Notes: generated by a model not told the origin, from the letters alone. A DNA stretch of 64,000 nt from Candidatus Hydrogenedentota bacterium (GCA_019695095.1 JAIBAQ010000008.1:9748-73747); one strand, 5' to 3'. Shown: positions 20,089 through 30,427, numbered from the stretch's first letter. Made by a program: numbers and translations.

Positions 20089-21513
20089 CTACTTCTTGGG
20101 CTTATAAATATGCGTACCGTGACCAAAGATGAGGTCGGCGGTTTCCATGATTGTCTCGCTCAGCGTCGGATGCGGGTGAATGGAAAGACCCACGTCAGAC
20201 GCAGTCGCGCCCATTTCGATGGCCAGCACACCCTGCGAGATAAGCTCACCAGCGCCGGGACCCACAATGCCCACGCCAAGCACCTGGCCGGAAGTGGGAT
20301 CGGTGATCAGCTTGGTGAGGCCGTCGCTGCGATTCAACGTCGACGCACGGCCCGACGCGCCCCACGGGAAGCGCGCGATTTCCACTTCGCGTCCTTCTGC
20401 CGTGGCTTGCGCTTCCGTCAGTCCGCACCACGCCAGCTCGGGATCGGTGAACACGACTGCGGGAATGGCGCGCGGCTCAAAGGCCACGTTGTTTCCTGCA
20501 ATGACTTCCGCCGCGATGCGACCCTCATGCGAGGCCTTATGCGCCAGCATGGGTTCGCCTGCGATGTCGCCGATCGCGAAAATATGCGGGTCCGACGTCC
20601 TTCGCTGAAGGTCCACTTCAACGAACCCTTTGCTGTTCACCGTCACACCCGTGTTGTTCAAGCCGAGTCCGCTCGAATTGGGACGGCGGCCGATACTTAC
20701 CAAGACGCGGTCAAACTTCTCTTTGCGCGACTTGCCCTGCGCATCCTCCAGGGTGACAACGATCCCATCTGCGTCTTCCGAGAGGCCCTTGACCTTCGTC
20801 TGCAATAGAATCTTGTGGAATATCGTGCTCATTCGCTTTGCAAGGATGTTTACCAAGTCGCGATCCGCGCCGGGCAGCAAACCATCGGTCATCTCGACGA
20901 CCGTCACTTTAGTGCCCAGTGCCGCGTACACCGACCCGATTTCGAGTCCAATGTATCCGCCTCCAATCACGAGCAGCGATTTCGGAATCTCCGGAATCTG
21001 CAGTGCCGAAGTGGAATTCATCACTCGCTCGGATTCGATTAATAGGTCGGGGATCGTGGCTGGGCGCGAACCTGCGGCCAGAATCGTGTAGTCGGTCTTG
21101 ATCATCTGTTCTTTGCCCGATTCACTCGTCACTTTGACGAGGCGGGATTCTTCGAAATTGGCGCGGCCCTGCACATACTGGATCCTGCGCGCTTTGCAGA
21201 GCTGCCCCAGCCCGCCCGTCATCTTGGCAACGACCGAGTTCTTGCCTTCACGCATCTTGTCCAGATCGATTTTGGGTTTGCCGAATTTGATGCCCCAATG
21301 CTCGGCTTCTTCGGCATCGTTGATAATCTTGGCGCAGTGGAGCAATGCCTTCGATGGAATGCAACCACGATATAGGCAGACTCCACCGGGATTGGGTTCC
21401 AGGTCGATTATGGTTACGTCCAGTCCCAGATCGGCCGCCATGAATGCGGCCGCATAGCCGCCGGGTCCTCCACCAATTACGACTACTTGCTTGCCATTCG
21501 ACTGCTCGCTCAT
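20089..21513 (-). CDS. lpdA: Dihydrolipoyl dehydrogenase (E3 component)
   Basis: N-terminal FAD motif VVVIGGGPGGYAAA. Redox-active disulfide GGVCLYRGCIPSK. C-terminal dimerisation domain with HPHPTLSE. Confidence 0.9.
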   Translation of the reverse strand: MSEQSNGKQVVVIGGGPGGYAAAFMAADLGLDVTIIDLEPNPGGVCLYRGCIPSKALLHCAKIINDAEEAEHWGIKFGKPKIDLDKMREGKNSVVAKMTGGLGQLCKARRIQYVQGRANFEESRLVKVTSESGKEQMIKTDYTILAAGSRPATIPDLLIESERVMNSTSALQIPEIPKSLLVIGGGYIGLEIGSVYAALGTKVTVVEMTDGLLPGADRDLVNILAKRMSTIFHKILLQTKVKGLSEDADGIVVTLEDAQGKSRKEKFDRVLVSIGRRPNSSGLGLNNTGVTVNSKGFVEVDLQRRTSDPHIFAIGDIAGEPMLAHKASHEGRIAAEVIAGNNVAFEPRAIPAVVFTDPELAWCGLTEAQATAEGREVEIARFPWGASGRASTLNRSDGLTKLITDPTSGQVLGVGIVGPGAGELISQGVLAIEMGATASDVGLSIHPHPTLSETIMETADLIFGHGTHIYKPKK

Positions 21514-21580
21514 TTCCTATCCTCAATGCGCCGGCGGGCGCTGGTTAGATATGCACACAGGCTCCGCGATTTCGCGCGGG

Positions 21581-22951
21581 TTATGCCTCCAGGAACAACA
21601 AGAACGGTTGCTCAAGCGCTTCGACTAAGAAGCGCGTGAACCGCGCGGCATCCGCGCCGTCGATAACGCGGTGATCGTACGACAACGACAAGGGCAGCAA
21701 CGTGCGCGGCACGAACTGGCCGTCGACGTAGACGGGTTCGACCCGTGCGCGAGAGATGCCCAGGATCGCTACCTCGGGCGGATTGACAATGGGCGTGAAC
21801 GACGTGCCGCCGATTCCGCCAAGATTGCTGACGGTGAAAGTCCCGCCCTGCATCTCTTCCAGTTTGCTTTTCCGCTGACGCGCGCGTTCCGCGAGTTCGT
21901 TCATCTCGATTGCGATCTCAATAACCGTTTTCTGGTCGACGTTGTGAATGACAGGGACCAGCAAGCCTCGGTCCGTATCCACCGCTACGCCGATGTTCAC
22001 GTATTTCTTGAAAACGATCTCGTTGTTTTCCATATCAACGCTGGAATTGAATTGCGGGAACTTTTTCAGCGCTGTGGCAAGCACTTTGACGATGATCGCG
22101 GTGACCGTCAACTTCGCGCCCGCAGCTTCGCTGCGCTTGCCGTATTGCTTGCGCAGTTGCTCGATTTGCGTGATGTCGACCTTGTCGAACTGCGTGACAT
22201 GCGGAATGGTCACCCACGCCGACGCCATGTTCTCGGCCGTGCGACGCCGCACGCTGTTCATGGCTTGACGTTCGATATCTCCCCAGCGTGTGAAATCGGG
22301 AAGCGGAACGCTTCCGGCGGCCATGCGGGGCGAAACGCCGCGAACGTCGGTATTCACCAGCCGGGCAAATGCCTTCACATCTTCGAGCGACACGCGCCCT
22401 TCGGGACCAGAACCTGGCACTTGGTTGATGTCTACGCCAATCTCGCGAGCCAAGCGCCTTACCGACGGCGACGCAGGGACAGGCACACCTCCGCCACGTA
22501 TGATGCGCGCCTCAGCACCCTCCTCGACCTGTGCGGCCGGCTCTTCCGCTGCGACTTCTTGCGATGGCGCCGGTGCAGCAGGAACCACGCTTACCTTTTG
22601 CGCAGGTGCCGCGACTTTTGGCGCGGGCGCGGGGGAGGGAGCGCGCTTCGCCGCCGGTGCAGGTTCAGGTTTCACGGGCGCGCTCACCGCCGGTGCGGCT
22701 GCTTTCACCGCGCCGTCTTCCTTTACAACAAGCACCACATCGCCAACGCGCAGGGTCGCGCCTTCCTTTGCACGAATCTCGGTGACAGTCCCGGATACGC
22801 TGGATGGAACCTCCGCGGCAGCCTTATCGGTCTCGATCTCGAGGACCGTTTGATCCTTCGCAACGGTGTCGCCCACGGCCACGAACACCTTCGTGACAGT
22901 GACCTTGTCGACGTTCTCCGCGAGTACAGGCAACTTGAATTCAGTTGGCAT
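21581..22951 (-). CDS. aceF: Pyruvate dehydrogenase complex dihydrolipoamide acetyltransferase (E2)
   Basis: N-terminal lipoyl domain (LEIETDKAAAEVPS). Ala/Pro-rich linkers. Subunit-binding domain. C-terminal catalytic domain with DHRVIDGA. Confidence 0.9.
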   Translation of the reverse strand: MPTEFKLPVLAENVDKVTVTKVFVAVGDTVAKDQTVLEIETDKAAAEVPSSVSGTVTEIRAKEGATLRVGDVVLVVKEDGAVKAAAPAVSAPVKPEPAPAAKRAPSPAPAPKVAAPAQKVSVVPAAPAPSQEVAAEEPAAQVEEGAEARIIRGGGVPVPASPSVRRLAREIGVDINQVPGSGPEGRVSLEDVKAFARLVNTDVRGVSPRMAAGSVPLPDFTRWGDIERQAMNSVRRRTAENMASAWVTIPHVTQFDKVDITQIEQLRKQYGKRSEAAGAKLTVTAIIVKVLATALKKFPQFNSSVDMENNEIVFKKYVNIGVAVDTDRGLLVPVIHNVDQKTVIEIAIEMNELAERARQRKSKLEEMQGGTFTVSNLGGIGGTSFTPIVNPPEVAILGISRARVEPVYVDGQFVPRTLLPLSLSYDHRVIDGADAARFTRFLVEALEQPFLLFLEA

Positions 22952-23084
22952 AGCGATTGTCCTGTCTGTATCCAGCGTTCCACTCCGAAGGACGGCGCGT
23001 GCGCGCCGATGCCTCCGCGAACCACACTGACGTTATGGGGGAATATCATTCCCCCGTTGACTTCACTTCCGCGCCGTGTTCAGC

Positions 23085-25772
23085 CTAGCTCACCATCGGG
23101 TTGAGCTTGTTCGGATCGATGTCCAGGGTCTTCATGGCCTTCTTGACCACGTCCGGCTTGATTGCGCCTTCCTGCAACAATCCGTGCAACGTGGCCAGAG
23201 TCACGTACCGCGCGTCCACTTCAAAGAAATCGCGCAGCATCTTTCGGGACTCGCTGCGGCCGTAGCCGTCCGTTCCCAACGTAACCATTCGCTTCGGAAC
23301 CCATTTGGAAATGCTGTCAGGCATGACCTTCATATAGTCCGACGCCGCAATGACGACACCCGGTTCATTCGCAAGGCATTGCGTTACATACGAAGCCTTC
23401 TGCTTCGCACCGGGATTCAGCATGTTCCACCGTTCGACTTCCAAGGCCTCGCGGCGCAGTTCTTTGTAGCTGGTAACGCTCCATACATCTGCGGCGACAC
23501 CATAGTCTTCTGCAAGGATTTCCTGCGCTTTCAGCGTTTCGTTGAGAATCGCGCCGCTGCCCAGGATCTGCGCTTTCAGCTTCAGTTTCTTGTTCGCCGA
23601 AGGCCGCAGCTTGTACATGCCCCGCAGAATACCTTCTTCCGCGCCCTTGGGCATGGCGGGCATCGCGTAACTCTCGTTGCCCACGGTGATGTAGTAGAAG
23701 ACACTCTCCTGCTCTTCGTACATCCGCCGGATGCCGTCGCGAATGATTACGGCCAATTCGTAGGCATATGCCGGGTCGTACGTCACGAGGTTCGGCACCG
23801 TCGATGCCAAGAGATGGCTATGCCCATCCTGATGCTGCAAACCTTCGCCCGCCAGCGTAGTACGGCCCGCGGTTGCACCCAGCAGGAATCCGCGGCAGCG
23901 AAGGTCGCCTGCTGCCCAAACAAGGTCACCGATGCGCTGGAATCCAAACATCGAGTAGTAGATGAAGAAGGGGATCATCGGTATGCCGTGCGTCGAATAC
24001 GACGTACCCGCCGCGATGAACGACGACATCGATCCTGCCTCGGTAATGCCTTCCTCAAGAATCTGACCGTCCTTGGCTTCTTTGTAGTAGATGAGACTGT
24101 CGCTATCCACCGGCTCGTAGAGCTGCCCAACGTGGGAGTAGATTCCGATTTGACGGAACAGCGCTTCCATACCAAACGTGCGCGCTTCATCCGGCACGAT
24201 GGGCACGATGTACTTGCCAAGTTCCTTATCGCGAAGCAGTTTAGACAAAACGCGCACGAAGGCCATTGTCGTCGAGATGGCCCTGTCTTCCGTGCCCTTG
24301 TGGAACTCTTCAAAGAACGATACCGGGGGCGTCTTCAGCGGCGCGCAATGCGTCGACCGCTTCGGTACGTATCCTCCAAGTGTCTTGCGTCGTTCCTGCA
24401 GATACAACATCTCCGGGCTGTCATCGGGCGGACGGTAGAACGGCGCAAGCGCAACGTCCTCATCGGAGATCGGCACGCCAAATCGCGTGCGGAACTCCCG
24501 CAATTCGTCTTCGTTCAGTTTCTTCTGCTGGTGAGTGATGTTCTTGCCTTCGCCACTCTCGCCGAGACCGTACCCTTTGATGGTCTTGGCGAGTATGACC
24601 GTCGGCGCCCCCTTGTGATTCACGGCCGCGTGATACGCCGAGTACACTTTTTCAGGGTCGTGACCGCCGCGCTTCAGTTTCCGCAGTTGTTCATCTGTCA
24701 GGCCTTTGGCGAGGTTGAACAGGCGCTGGTCGTTGTTGAAGAAGTGATCGCGAATGTACTTGCCACTCTCGACGGTGTACTTCTGGTACTCGCCATCGAC
24801 GACCTCGCCCATACGTTTGACGAGAACGCCTTGGGAGTCTTTCGCCAGAAGTGGATCCCACTCCGATCCCCATATCACCTTTATTACGTTCCACCCTGCG
24901 CCGCGGAAGATCGCCTCCAACTCCTGCATGATCTTCCCGTTGCCACGGACCGGGCCGTCCAGCCGCTGCAAATTGCAGTTGATAACGAAGATCAGGTTGT
25001 CCAGCTTCTCGCGCGACGCCAGCGTGATTGCGCCCAAGGTCTCCGGTTCATCCGTCTCGCCGTCGCCGAGGAACGCCCATACTTTTGCGTCGTTCTCGGA
25101 AATCAGGCCGCGGTCTTCGAGATACCGGTTGAAGCGGGCCTGGTAGATACTCATGATCGGACCCAAACCCATCGAAACTGTTGGGAACTGCCAGAACTCC
25201 GGCATCAGCCACGGGTGCGGATAGGAGGAGAGGCCTCCACCTGGATGCAATTCCGCCCGGAAATTCTCCAACTGCTCCAGCGACAAGCGCCCTTCCATAA
25301 ATGCGCGCGCATAGATGCCCGGCGCGGCATGTCCTTGAAAATAGATCATGTCGCCGGGATGGCCGCCGTCTTTGCCGCGGAAGAAATGGTTAAATCCGAC
25401 TTCATACAACGTCGCGGCGGACGCAAACGTGGAAATATGCCCGCCGATGCCGCTTTCTTCGCGGTTGGCCCGCACGACCATCGCCATCGCATTCCATCGC
25501 ACGAAGCTCTTAATGCGGCGCTCGATCTCGCGGCTGCCGGGATAAGGCGGCTGCTCGCCAGCCGGAATGGTATTGATATACGGGGTATTGGCTGTGAACG
25601 GCAGTCTGATTCCCGCCGCGTGCGCACGAATCTGTAGCTGGCTCAAGATGTGCGCCACATGCTCAGGGCCGCGCAGCTCAAGCAGATCGTTTAATGATTG
25701 GATCCACTCTAGCGTTTCGTCATCAAGCTCCTCATCGAGTGAGCTGTCGTAACCTATTGATTTTGCTTCCAC
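23085..25772 (-). CDS. aceE: Pyruvate dehydrogenase E1 component, homodimeric type
   Basis: 895 aa. Classic AceE N-terminus and ThDP-binding region (GHISTFASAATLYEVGFNHFFRG...GDGETDEPE). Immediately upstream of aceF and lpdA on the same strand. Confidence 0.9.
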   Translation of the reverse strand: MEAKSIGYDSSLDEELDDETLEWIQSLNDLLELRGPEHVAHILSQLQIRAHAAGIRLPFTANTPYINTIPAGEQPPYPGSREIERRIKSFVRWNAMAMVVRANREESGIGGHISTFASAATLYEVGFNHFFRGKDGGHPGDMIYFQGHAAPGIYARAFMEGRLSLEQLENFRAELHPGGGLSSYPHPWLMPEFWQFPTVSMGLGPIMSIYQARFNRYLEDRGLISENDAKVWAFLGDGETDEPETLGAITLASREKLDNLIFVINCNLQRLDGPVRGNGKIMQELEAIFRGAGWNVIKVIWGSEWDPLLAKDSQGVLVKRMGEVVDGEYQKYTVESGKYIRDHFFNNDQRLFNLAKGLTDEQLRKLKRGGHDPEKVYSAYHAAVNHKGAPTVILAKTIKGYGLGESGEGKNITHQQKKLNEDELREFRTRFGVPISDEDVALAPFYRPPDDSPEMLYLQERRKTLGGYVPKRSTHCAPLKTPPVSFFEEFHKGTEDRAISTTMAFVRVLSKLLRDKELGKYIVPIVPDEARTFGMEALFRQIGIYSHVGQLYEPVDSDSLIYYKEAKDGQILEEGITEAGSMSSFIAAGTSYSTHGIPMIPFFIYYSMFGFQRIGDLVWAAGDLRCRGFLLGATAGRTTLAGEGLQHQDGHSHLLASTVPNLVTYDPAYAYELAVIIRDGIRRMYEEQESVFYYITVGNESYAMPAMPKGAEEGILRGMYKLRPSANKKLKLKAQILGSGAILNETLKAQEILAEDYGVAADVWSVTSYKELRREALEVERWNMLNPGAKQKASYVTQCLANEPGVVIAASDYMKVMPDSISKWVPKRMVTLGTDGYGRSESRKMLRDFFEVDARYVTLATLHGLLQEGAIKPDVVKKAMKTLDIDPNKLNPMVS

Positions 25773-25905
25773 TTACAGAACCTTCCGTAGCCGGACGTGG
25801 CATCAGGCGTGCTGATTCGTCGCAGCGGGGTGTGGCTGGCTCCGCTGTTTGCGCGGAATCCTACCTTATCCCTGAACACACAACTAAGAGGCGATATTCT
25901 AGCCC

Positions 25906-25945
25906 GCAATTTGCACCGGCGCAACTAAGCACCGGTGCAAATTGC
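25906..25945. promoter_or_regulatory. Perfect 14-bp inverted repeat GCAATTTGCACCGG-(12 nt)-CCGGTGCAAATTGC in the aceE/arsR divergent intergenic region
   Basis: Read directly from the sequence. Lies ~135 nt upstream of the aceE start codon. Candidate operator or RNA hairpin. Confidence 0.5.
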
Positions 25946-26069
25946 TCACGTGCAAGACTTTGGGGTCATGCCTTGAGGACTCCTCAGCGCTTCTCCTGCA
26001 CACTTAACGCACTCGGAAACTCAGAGTCCGCATGTTCCACTCAACTTTGCCCTCGTCGTGAAAAGGGTC

Positions 26070-26120
26070 TTGACAGAAGCATCTCGATCGTGTATTTTAC
26101 CGATGGGTTAATTAACTGCA
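26070..26120 (+). promoter_or_regulatory. Near-consensus sigma-70 promoter (TTGACA-17 nt-TATTTT), followed by the GTTAATTAAC palindrome, upstream of the ArsR-family gene
   Basis: -35 TTGACA at 26070-26075. 17-nt spacer. -10 TATTTT at 26093-26098. 10-bp perfect palindrome GTTAATTAAC ~10 nt downstream, placed where an autoregulatory ArsR operator would sit. Confidence 0.5.
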
Positions 26121-26133
26121 AGGTGAATTACAG

Positions 26134-26496
26134 ATGCCTCAGGATACCCTCAGTACAACGTTTGCCGCTCTCGCCGATCCGACTCGCCGAGCAATTCTGG
26201 CCAGGCTGTCCACCGGTGAAACGTCCGTGACCGAATTGGCGCGGCCGTTCAAGATGACCATGCCAGCAATTTCCAAGCACCTGAAGGTGTTGGAGAGGGC
26301 AGGGCTGATACAGCGAAGCCGTGAGGCGCAGTGGCGTCCGTGCCGCCTCGACGCCAAACCGCTGGAGGGTGTTGCCGAGTGGGTGGAGCAGTACCGTCGC
26401 TTCTGGGAGGAGCGTCTGGACCGCCTCGAGATCTATCTCCGAGAGCTGCAAGAACAGGAGAGAAAACATGGCCGCAAGAAAAAGCCCAACCCCTGA
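26134..26496 (+). CDS. ArsR/SmtB family transcriptional regulator
   Basis: 120 aa. Winged-HTH region ALADPTRRAILARLSTGETSVTELARPFKMTMPAISKHLKVLERAGLI matches the ArsR family. Confidence 0.85.
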   Translation: MPQDTLSTTFAALADPTRRAILARLSTGETSVTELARPFKMTMPAISKHLKVLERAGLIQRSREAQWRPCRLDAKPLEGVAEWVEQYRRFWEERLDRLEIYLRELQEQERKHGRKKKPNP

Positions 26497-27400
26497 AGTG
26501 ACTGCCGACAGGGAAATCGTAATCTCCCGTATTCTGGACGCCCCGCGAGATCTCGTGTTTGCCGCGTGGACGGACCCCGATCAGATCGTCAAGTGGTGGG
26601 GTCCCGACGGATTCACCACGACGAACCACACGATGGATGTCCGGCCCGGCGGAACATGGAAGCTTACTATGCACAGTCCGGACGGTACCGATTATCCCAA
26701 TACAATCGTCTATCTCGAGATCGTGAAGCCCGACCGCATCGTGTACAAGCACGGCAGAGGGAAGGGGGGCAAGTCAGGTGCCAGCTTCACCACGACGGCC
26801 ACCTTTGAGCCCGTTGCCGGCAGGACGAAGTTGACCATGCGGATGGTCTTTGCGACAGCCGAGGCAAGGGACCTAGTCGTTCGCGAGCATGGGGCCATCG
26901 AAGGTGGAAACCAAACGATCGGCCGTCTTGCAACCTATCTGGATACTCTGCCCACGCACGAACTCGTTATTACGCGCGTATTTGATGCGCCACGCGATCT
27001 GGTTTTCAAGACGTGGACGGATCCCGCGCATGCCAAGCACTGGTGGGGTCCTAGAGAGTATCCCGCTTCGGAACTGGAGATGGACGCGCGACCCGGAGGC
27101 ATGTGGCGCGCCCGCCTGAAATCGACGGCAGGGGAGAAGGACCTCTGGCACAGCGGTGTTTTTCGCGAAGTGGTTGCGCCGGAGCGCATCGTATTCACGT
27201 TCGCATGGGATGAGATGGGAGAGCGCGGCCTTGAAACCGTCGTGACGGTGACGTTGAAGGAACAAGGACGCAAGACCCACATGACGTTTCATCAAGCCCC
27301 ATTCCGCTCCTCGGGCGTATGTGAAGGCCACGAAGGCGGTTGGGGAAGCTGCTTCGATCGTCTTGCAGAAAAGCTTGCCAAGCAATGCGAGGCCGCGTGA
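26468..27400 (+). CDS. SRPBCC superfamily protein with two tandem AHSA1 (activator of Hsp90 ATPase-like) domains
   Basis: Internal duplication: ...ILDAPRDLVFAAWTDPDQIVKWWGP... and ...VFDAPRDLVFKTWTDPAHAKHWWGP.... Start at MAARKSP (26468) overlaps the ArsR stop by 29 nt. The track ORF starts at 26321 in the same frame. Confidence 0.8.
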   Translation: MAARKSPTPEVTADREIVISRILDAPRDLVFAAWTDPDQIVKWWGPDGFTTTNHTMDVRPGGTWKLTMHSPDGTDYPNTIVYLEIVKPDRIVYKHGRGKGGKSGASFTTTATFEPVAGRTKLTMRMVFATAEARDLVVREHGAIEGGNQTIGRLATYLDTLPTHELVITRVFDAPRDLVFKTWTDPAHAKHWWGPREYPASELEMDARPGGMWRARLKSTAGEKDLWHSGVFREVVAPERIVFTFAWDEMGERGLETVVTVTLKEQGRKTHMTFHQAPFRSSGVCEGHEGGWGSCFDRLAEKLAKQCEAA

Positions 27401-27661
27401 CCGACGGCGAAACCTTGCGCGCAAATTCGATACGCCACCATCGTTGGTTATCGACGCGTAAGTGAACCCCAGATAGAGTGATGATTCAAACGCATTTCGA
27501 AACCGCTGCAATTCGAAATGCGATGCTGAAGAAGGGCATGAACAAAGGTTGGTCCGCAAATCTGGCCACGCTTGCCGTTCAACTTGCCCGCATGTAATTG
27601 CCGTTCGTAGGTGACCGAACGAAATCGAAGTCCTGCTAGGAAGTCCAGAAAGGAGACAACC

Positions 27662-28195
27662 ATGCTTGTGAAGGTATTGATCGCGGCTGTCTTGATTGTC
27701 GGGGGCATTGTCGCATTCATTGCAACTCGTCCGGCGGAGTTTAGCGTGTCCCGAAGTGCCACAACCTCTGCGCCGCCATCCGCGGTGTTTGCGCAGGTCA
27801 ACGATTTCCATAAATGGGACGCGTGGTCGCCGTGGGCAAAACGAGACCCAAACATGAAAACGACCCACGAGGGCCCGGCATCAGGTGTTGGCGCGATGTA
27901 CTCCTGGAACGGAAACAAGGACGTGGGGGAGGGGCGCATGACGATTCTCGAAAGCATTCCGGATGAGTTGATCCGGATCAAGCTCGAGTTCATTAAACCG
28001 TTCGCAGCGACCAACACGACCGTCTTCACGTTCAAGCCCCGCAATAACGGAACCGAGATTACCTGGACGATGAGCGGACAGAACAACTTCATGGCAAAGG
28101 CCTTTCAGCTTGTCATGAGCATGGACAAGATAGTCGGCGGTGACTTTGAGAAGGGATTGGCGCAAATGACGGCCGTTGCGGAATCTGCTTCGTGA
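27662..28195 (+). CDS. SRPBCC (polyketide-cyclase / Bet v1-like) family protein with N-terminal TM/signal anchor
   Basis: Start at MLVKVLIAAVLIVGGIVAFI. Core FAQVNDFHKWDAWSPW typical of Polyketide_cyc2-type SRPBCC proteins. Confidence 0.7.
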   Translation: MLVKVLIAAVLIVGGIVAFIATRPAEFSVSRSATTSAPPSAVFAQVNDFHKWDAWSPWAKRDPNMKTTHEGPASGVGAMYSWNGNKDVGEGRMTILESIPDELIRIKLEFIKPFAATNTTVFTFKPRNNGTEITWTMSGQNNFMAKAFQLVMSMDKIVGGDFEKGLAQMTAVAESAS

Positions 28196-28212
28196 GAAAG
28201 GACAAAGACATC

Positions 28213-28722
28213 ATGGCAATCACACTGGACAATCAAACAACCATTACTCCGGACGGCGTGATAGAGATCACGCGCGTGTTCGATGTCCCACGTGAGGTGG
28301 TGTGGAAGGCGTGGACAGACGCAGATGAGCTGCAACGCTGGTGGGGACCGATGTGCTTCACCTGCCCAGCCAGCCGAATCGATTTGCGCGTCGGCGGAAC
28401 CTATCACCATTGCATGCGCGCACCGGATGGCAAGGATTACTGGAGTACGGGGACGTATAAAGAGATTGTTCCCTTGGAACGAATCGCCGCAACGGATTCG
28501 TTCGCCGACGAGAAGGGAAACGTAGTCTCTGCGGCAGACATTGGCATGGGCGATGCCTGGCCTCTCGAAATGCATTTCACGATTAAGTTTGAAGACCTCG
28601 GTGGAAGAACCCAATTCCGAATCCAGCACCAAGGCATACCCGAAGGGCCCGTACGGGAAATGTGCGCGCAGGGTTGGAACGAATCATTCGACAAGATGGC
28701 GGACTGCCTGTCAAACGCTTAG
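28213..28722 (+). CDS. SRPBCC/AHSA1 domain protein
   Basis: ITRVFDVPREVVWKAWTDADELQRWWGP motif, paralogous to 26468..27400 and 29789..30316. Confidence 0.8.
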   Translation: MAITLDNQTTITPDGVIEITRVFDVPREVVWKAWTDADELQRWWGPMCFTCPASRIDLRVGGTYHHCMRAPDGKDYWSTGTYKEIVPLERIAATDSFADEKGNVVSAADIGMGDAWPLEMHFTIKFEDLGGRTQFRIQHQGIPEGPVREMCAQGWNESFDKMADCLSNA

Positions 28723-28776
28723 CGCCATTGCGCATTCATGTTCACGGCAAACAACCACTCAGAAGAGGAAACGACG

Positions 28777-29187
28777 ATGAAAGTTCAGACCTATTTGTTT
28801 CTAGACGGCAGTTGCGAGGAAGCGATTGAATTCTACAAGTCGACACTGGGCGCTAAGGTCACGGCGTTCATGCGTTTCAAAGAGAATCCGGAGCCGGATC
28901 AGTGTTCGCCCGCACATGCGGAGAAGGTCATGCATGCAAGTATCCGCGTCGGGGAAACCGAAGTCATGATGTCCGACGGCCGGTGTGAAGGCAAACGCAA
29001 TTTCCAGGGTTTCGCGCTGGCAATGTCCATCAAGGAAGTCTCTGAAGTCGAGAGAATCTTCTCACTTCTGGCCGACGGAGGACAGATTCAAATGCCATTG
29101 ATGCAGACATTCTGGTCTCCCATGTTCGGAATGGTCGCTGACCGGTACGGAGTGTCTTGGATGGTCATGGCGGAAGCGGCGAACTAG
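28777..29187 (+). CDS. VOC (glyoxalase/bleomycin-resistance/PhnB-like) family protein
   Basis: Start MKVQTYLFLDGSCEEAIEFYKSTLGA with an AGAGGAA Shine-Dalgarno. PhnB-like fold signature. Confidence 0.75.
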   Translation: MKVQTYLFLDGSCEEAIEFYKSTLGAKVTAFMRFKENPEPDQCSPAHAEKVMHASIRVGETEVMMSDGRCEGKRNFQGFALAMSIKEVSEVERIFSLLADGGQIQMPLMQTFWSPMFGMVADRYGVSWMVMAEAAN

Positions 29188-29249
29188 AACTGACTGAATA
29201 GGTTGCTACCTTGCAGACGGCGGCATCGCGCGTTTAGAGGACTCTAAAT

Positions 29250-29732
29250 ATGAACGAAACAAGTGTGCTGTCCGGCGCCCCGCGTGTTGAAACGGCAGGG
29301 CCTTTGAACATTGCAGGTTTGAACGAACGCTACAATCACACAACCCGAGTGAACATCCCTGCACAGTGGCAGCGCTTCGCCCCCTATATCGGTGCTGTGC
29401 CGGGTCAAGTAGATGGAGTCGCTTACGGTGTGTGCTGGAGCGGCAGCGCGTCTGGAGAATTCAACTACCTTACAGGTGTCGAAGTCGCCGGCGCATCGAA
29501 CCTCCCCGCGGGTTTTGAGTGCCTGACCATTCCGGCTCAGCGCTATGCAGTATTTACGCACCGTGGTCACATTGCGGGATTGCCGGAGTCGATACAAAGC
29601 GTATGGACCAAGGCACTACCCGCATCCGGATACCAAGCAGTCCAATCGCCCTTCATCGAACGATACGATTCCCGCTTTGATGCACAAACGGGTATGGGCG
29701 AGGTGGAACTCTGGGTGGCTATACACGACTAG
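29250..29732 (+). CDS. GyrI-like small-molecule-binding domain protein (AraC effector-domain-like)
   Basis: 160 aa. Pattern IPAQWQRF...GVAYGVCW...YAVFTHRGHIAGLPESIQSVW typical of GyrI-like/SbmC domains. Confidence 0.7.
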   Translation: MNETSVLSGAPRVETAGPLNIAGLNERYNHTTRVNIPAQWQRFAPYIGAVPGQVDGVAYGVCWSGSASGEFNYLTGVEVAGASNLPAGFECLTIPAQRYAVFTHRGHIAGLPESIQSVWTKALPASGYQAVQSPFIERYDSRFDAQTGMGEVELWVAIHD

Positions 29733-29788
29733 CATAACCTCATCGTCTTGCACGTGAGCAACTTGCGGACTAACCAAGGAGCATCAGC

Positions 29789-30316
29789 ATGAGTGAACCG
29801 ATACTGCAGCCAACGCAGCAAGTCCACGGGACCAAGGTATTCCAGCATTCGCGAGTCTACGAAGCTCCGCGCGAACTGGTGTTCAAGGCGTGGACAGACC
29901 CCGACTGCCTATCGAAATGGTGGGGACCAAAAGGGATGCAGTGGATCGGCTGCACCATGGACCTGCGGCCTGGCGGGACGTTTCTATACGGACTGAAGGC
30001 TCCAAATGGCTTCGAGATGTGGGGCAAGTTCGTGTACCGCGAAGTCACGGTTCCCGAGCGGCTTGTCTACGTGGTCTCCTTCTGTGACAAGAATGGAGCA
30101 ATCTTGCGGCATCCTTTGAGCGAAACGTGGCCGCTGGAAGTCTTATCCACGCTTGCATTCACTGAGCAGGACGGAAAGACGATTACCGATTCAACAGGCA
30201 TCCCCATCAACGCAACCAAAGAAGAATGTGAAACCTTCGAGGGCGGATTCGACTCCATGCGCAAAGGCTTCACCGGTACCCTTGACCAACTAGCAGAATT
30301 TTTGAGCAGATCTTAG
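29789..30316 (+). CDS. SRPBCC/AHSA1 domain protein
   Basis: YEAPRELVFKAWTDPDCLSKWWGP motif. Fifth paralog in the cluster. Confidence 0.8.
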   Translation: MSEPILQPTQQVHGTKVFQHSRVYEAPRELVFKAWTDPDCLSKWWGPKGMQWIGCTMDLRPGGTFLYGLKAPNGFEMWGKFVYREVTVPERLVYVVSFCDKNGAILRHPLSETWPLEVLSTLAFTEQDGKTITDSTGIPINATKEECETFEGGFDSMRKGFTGTLDQLAEFLSRS

Positions 30317-30427
30317 GGTTTACTCTCATGGCTGCTGGTGAACAGAGAATCCCTCTGCGTGCGTGTCGCGTAATACCTTGTGATGCTAGTCGCGCCGGTC
30401 TTCAGCCGGCATAGAACGGAGAATTCA

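Noticed and set aside
19894-20808. 304-aa plus-strand ORF, and 20630..21091 (153-aa ORF)
   Set aside because: Antisense to lpdA. Open reverse frames are expected at this GC content.
21671-23104. 477-aa plus-strand ORF
   Set aside because: Antisense to aceF (E2). Composition-driven artefact.
23076-25637. 853-aa ORF on the plus strand
   Set aside because: Lies entirely antisense to aceE (a confidently identified gene). Arg/His-rich, low-complexity translation typical of the GC-rich reverse frame. No motifs.
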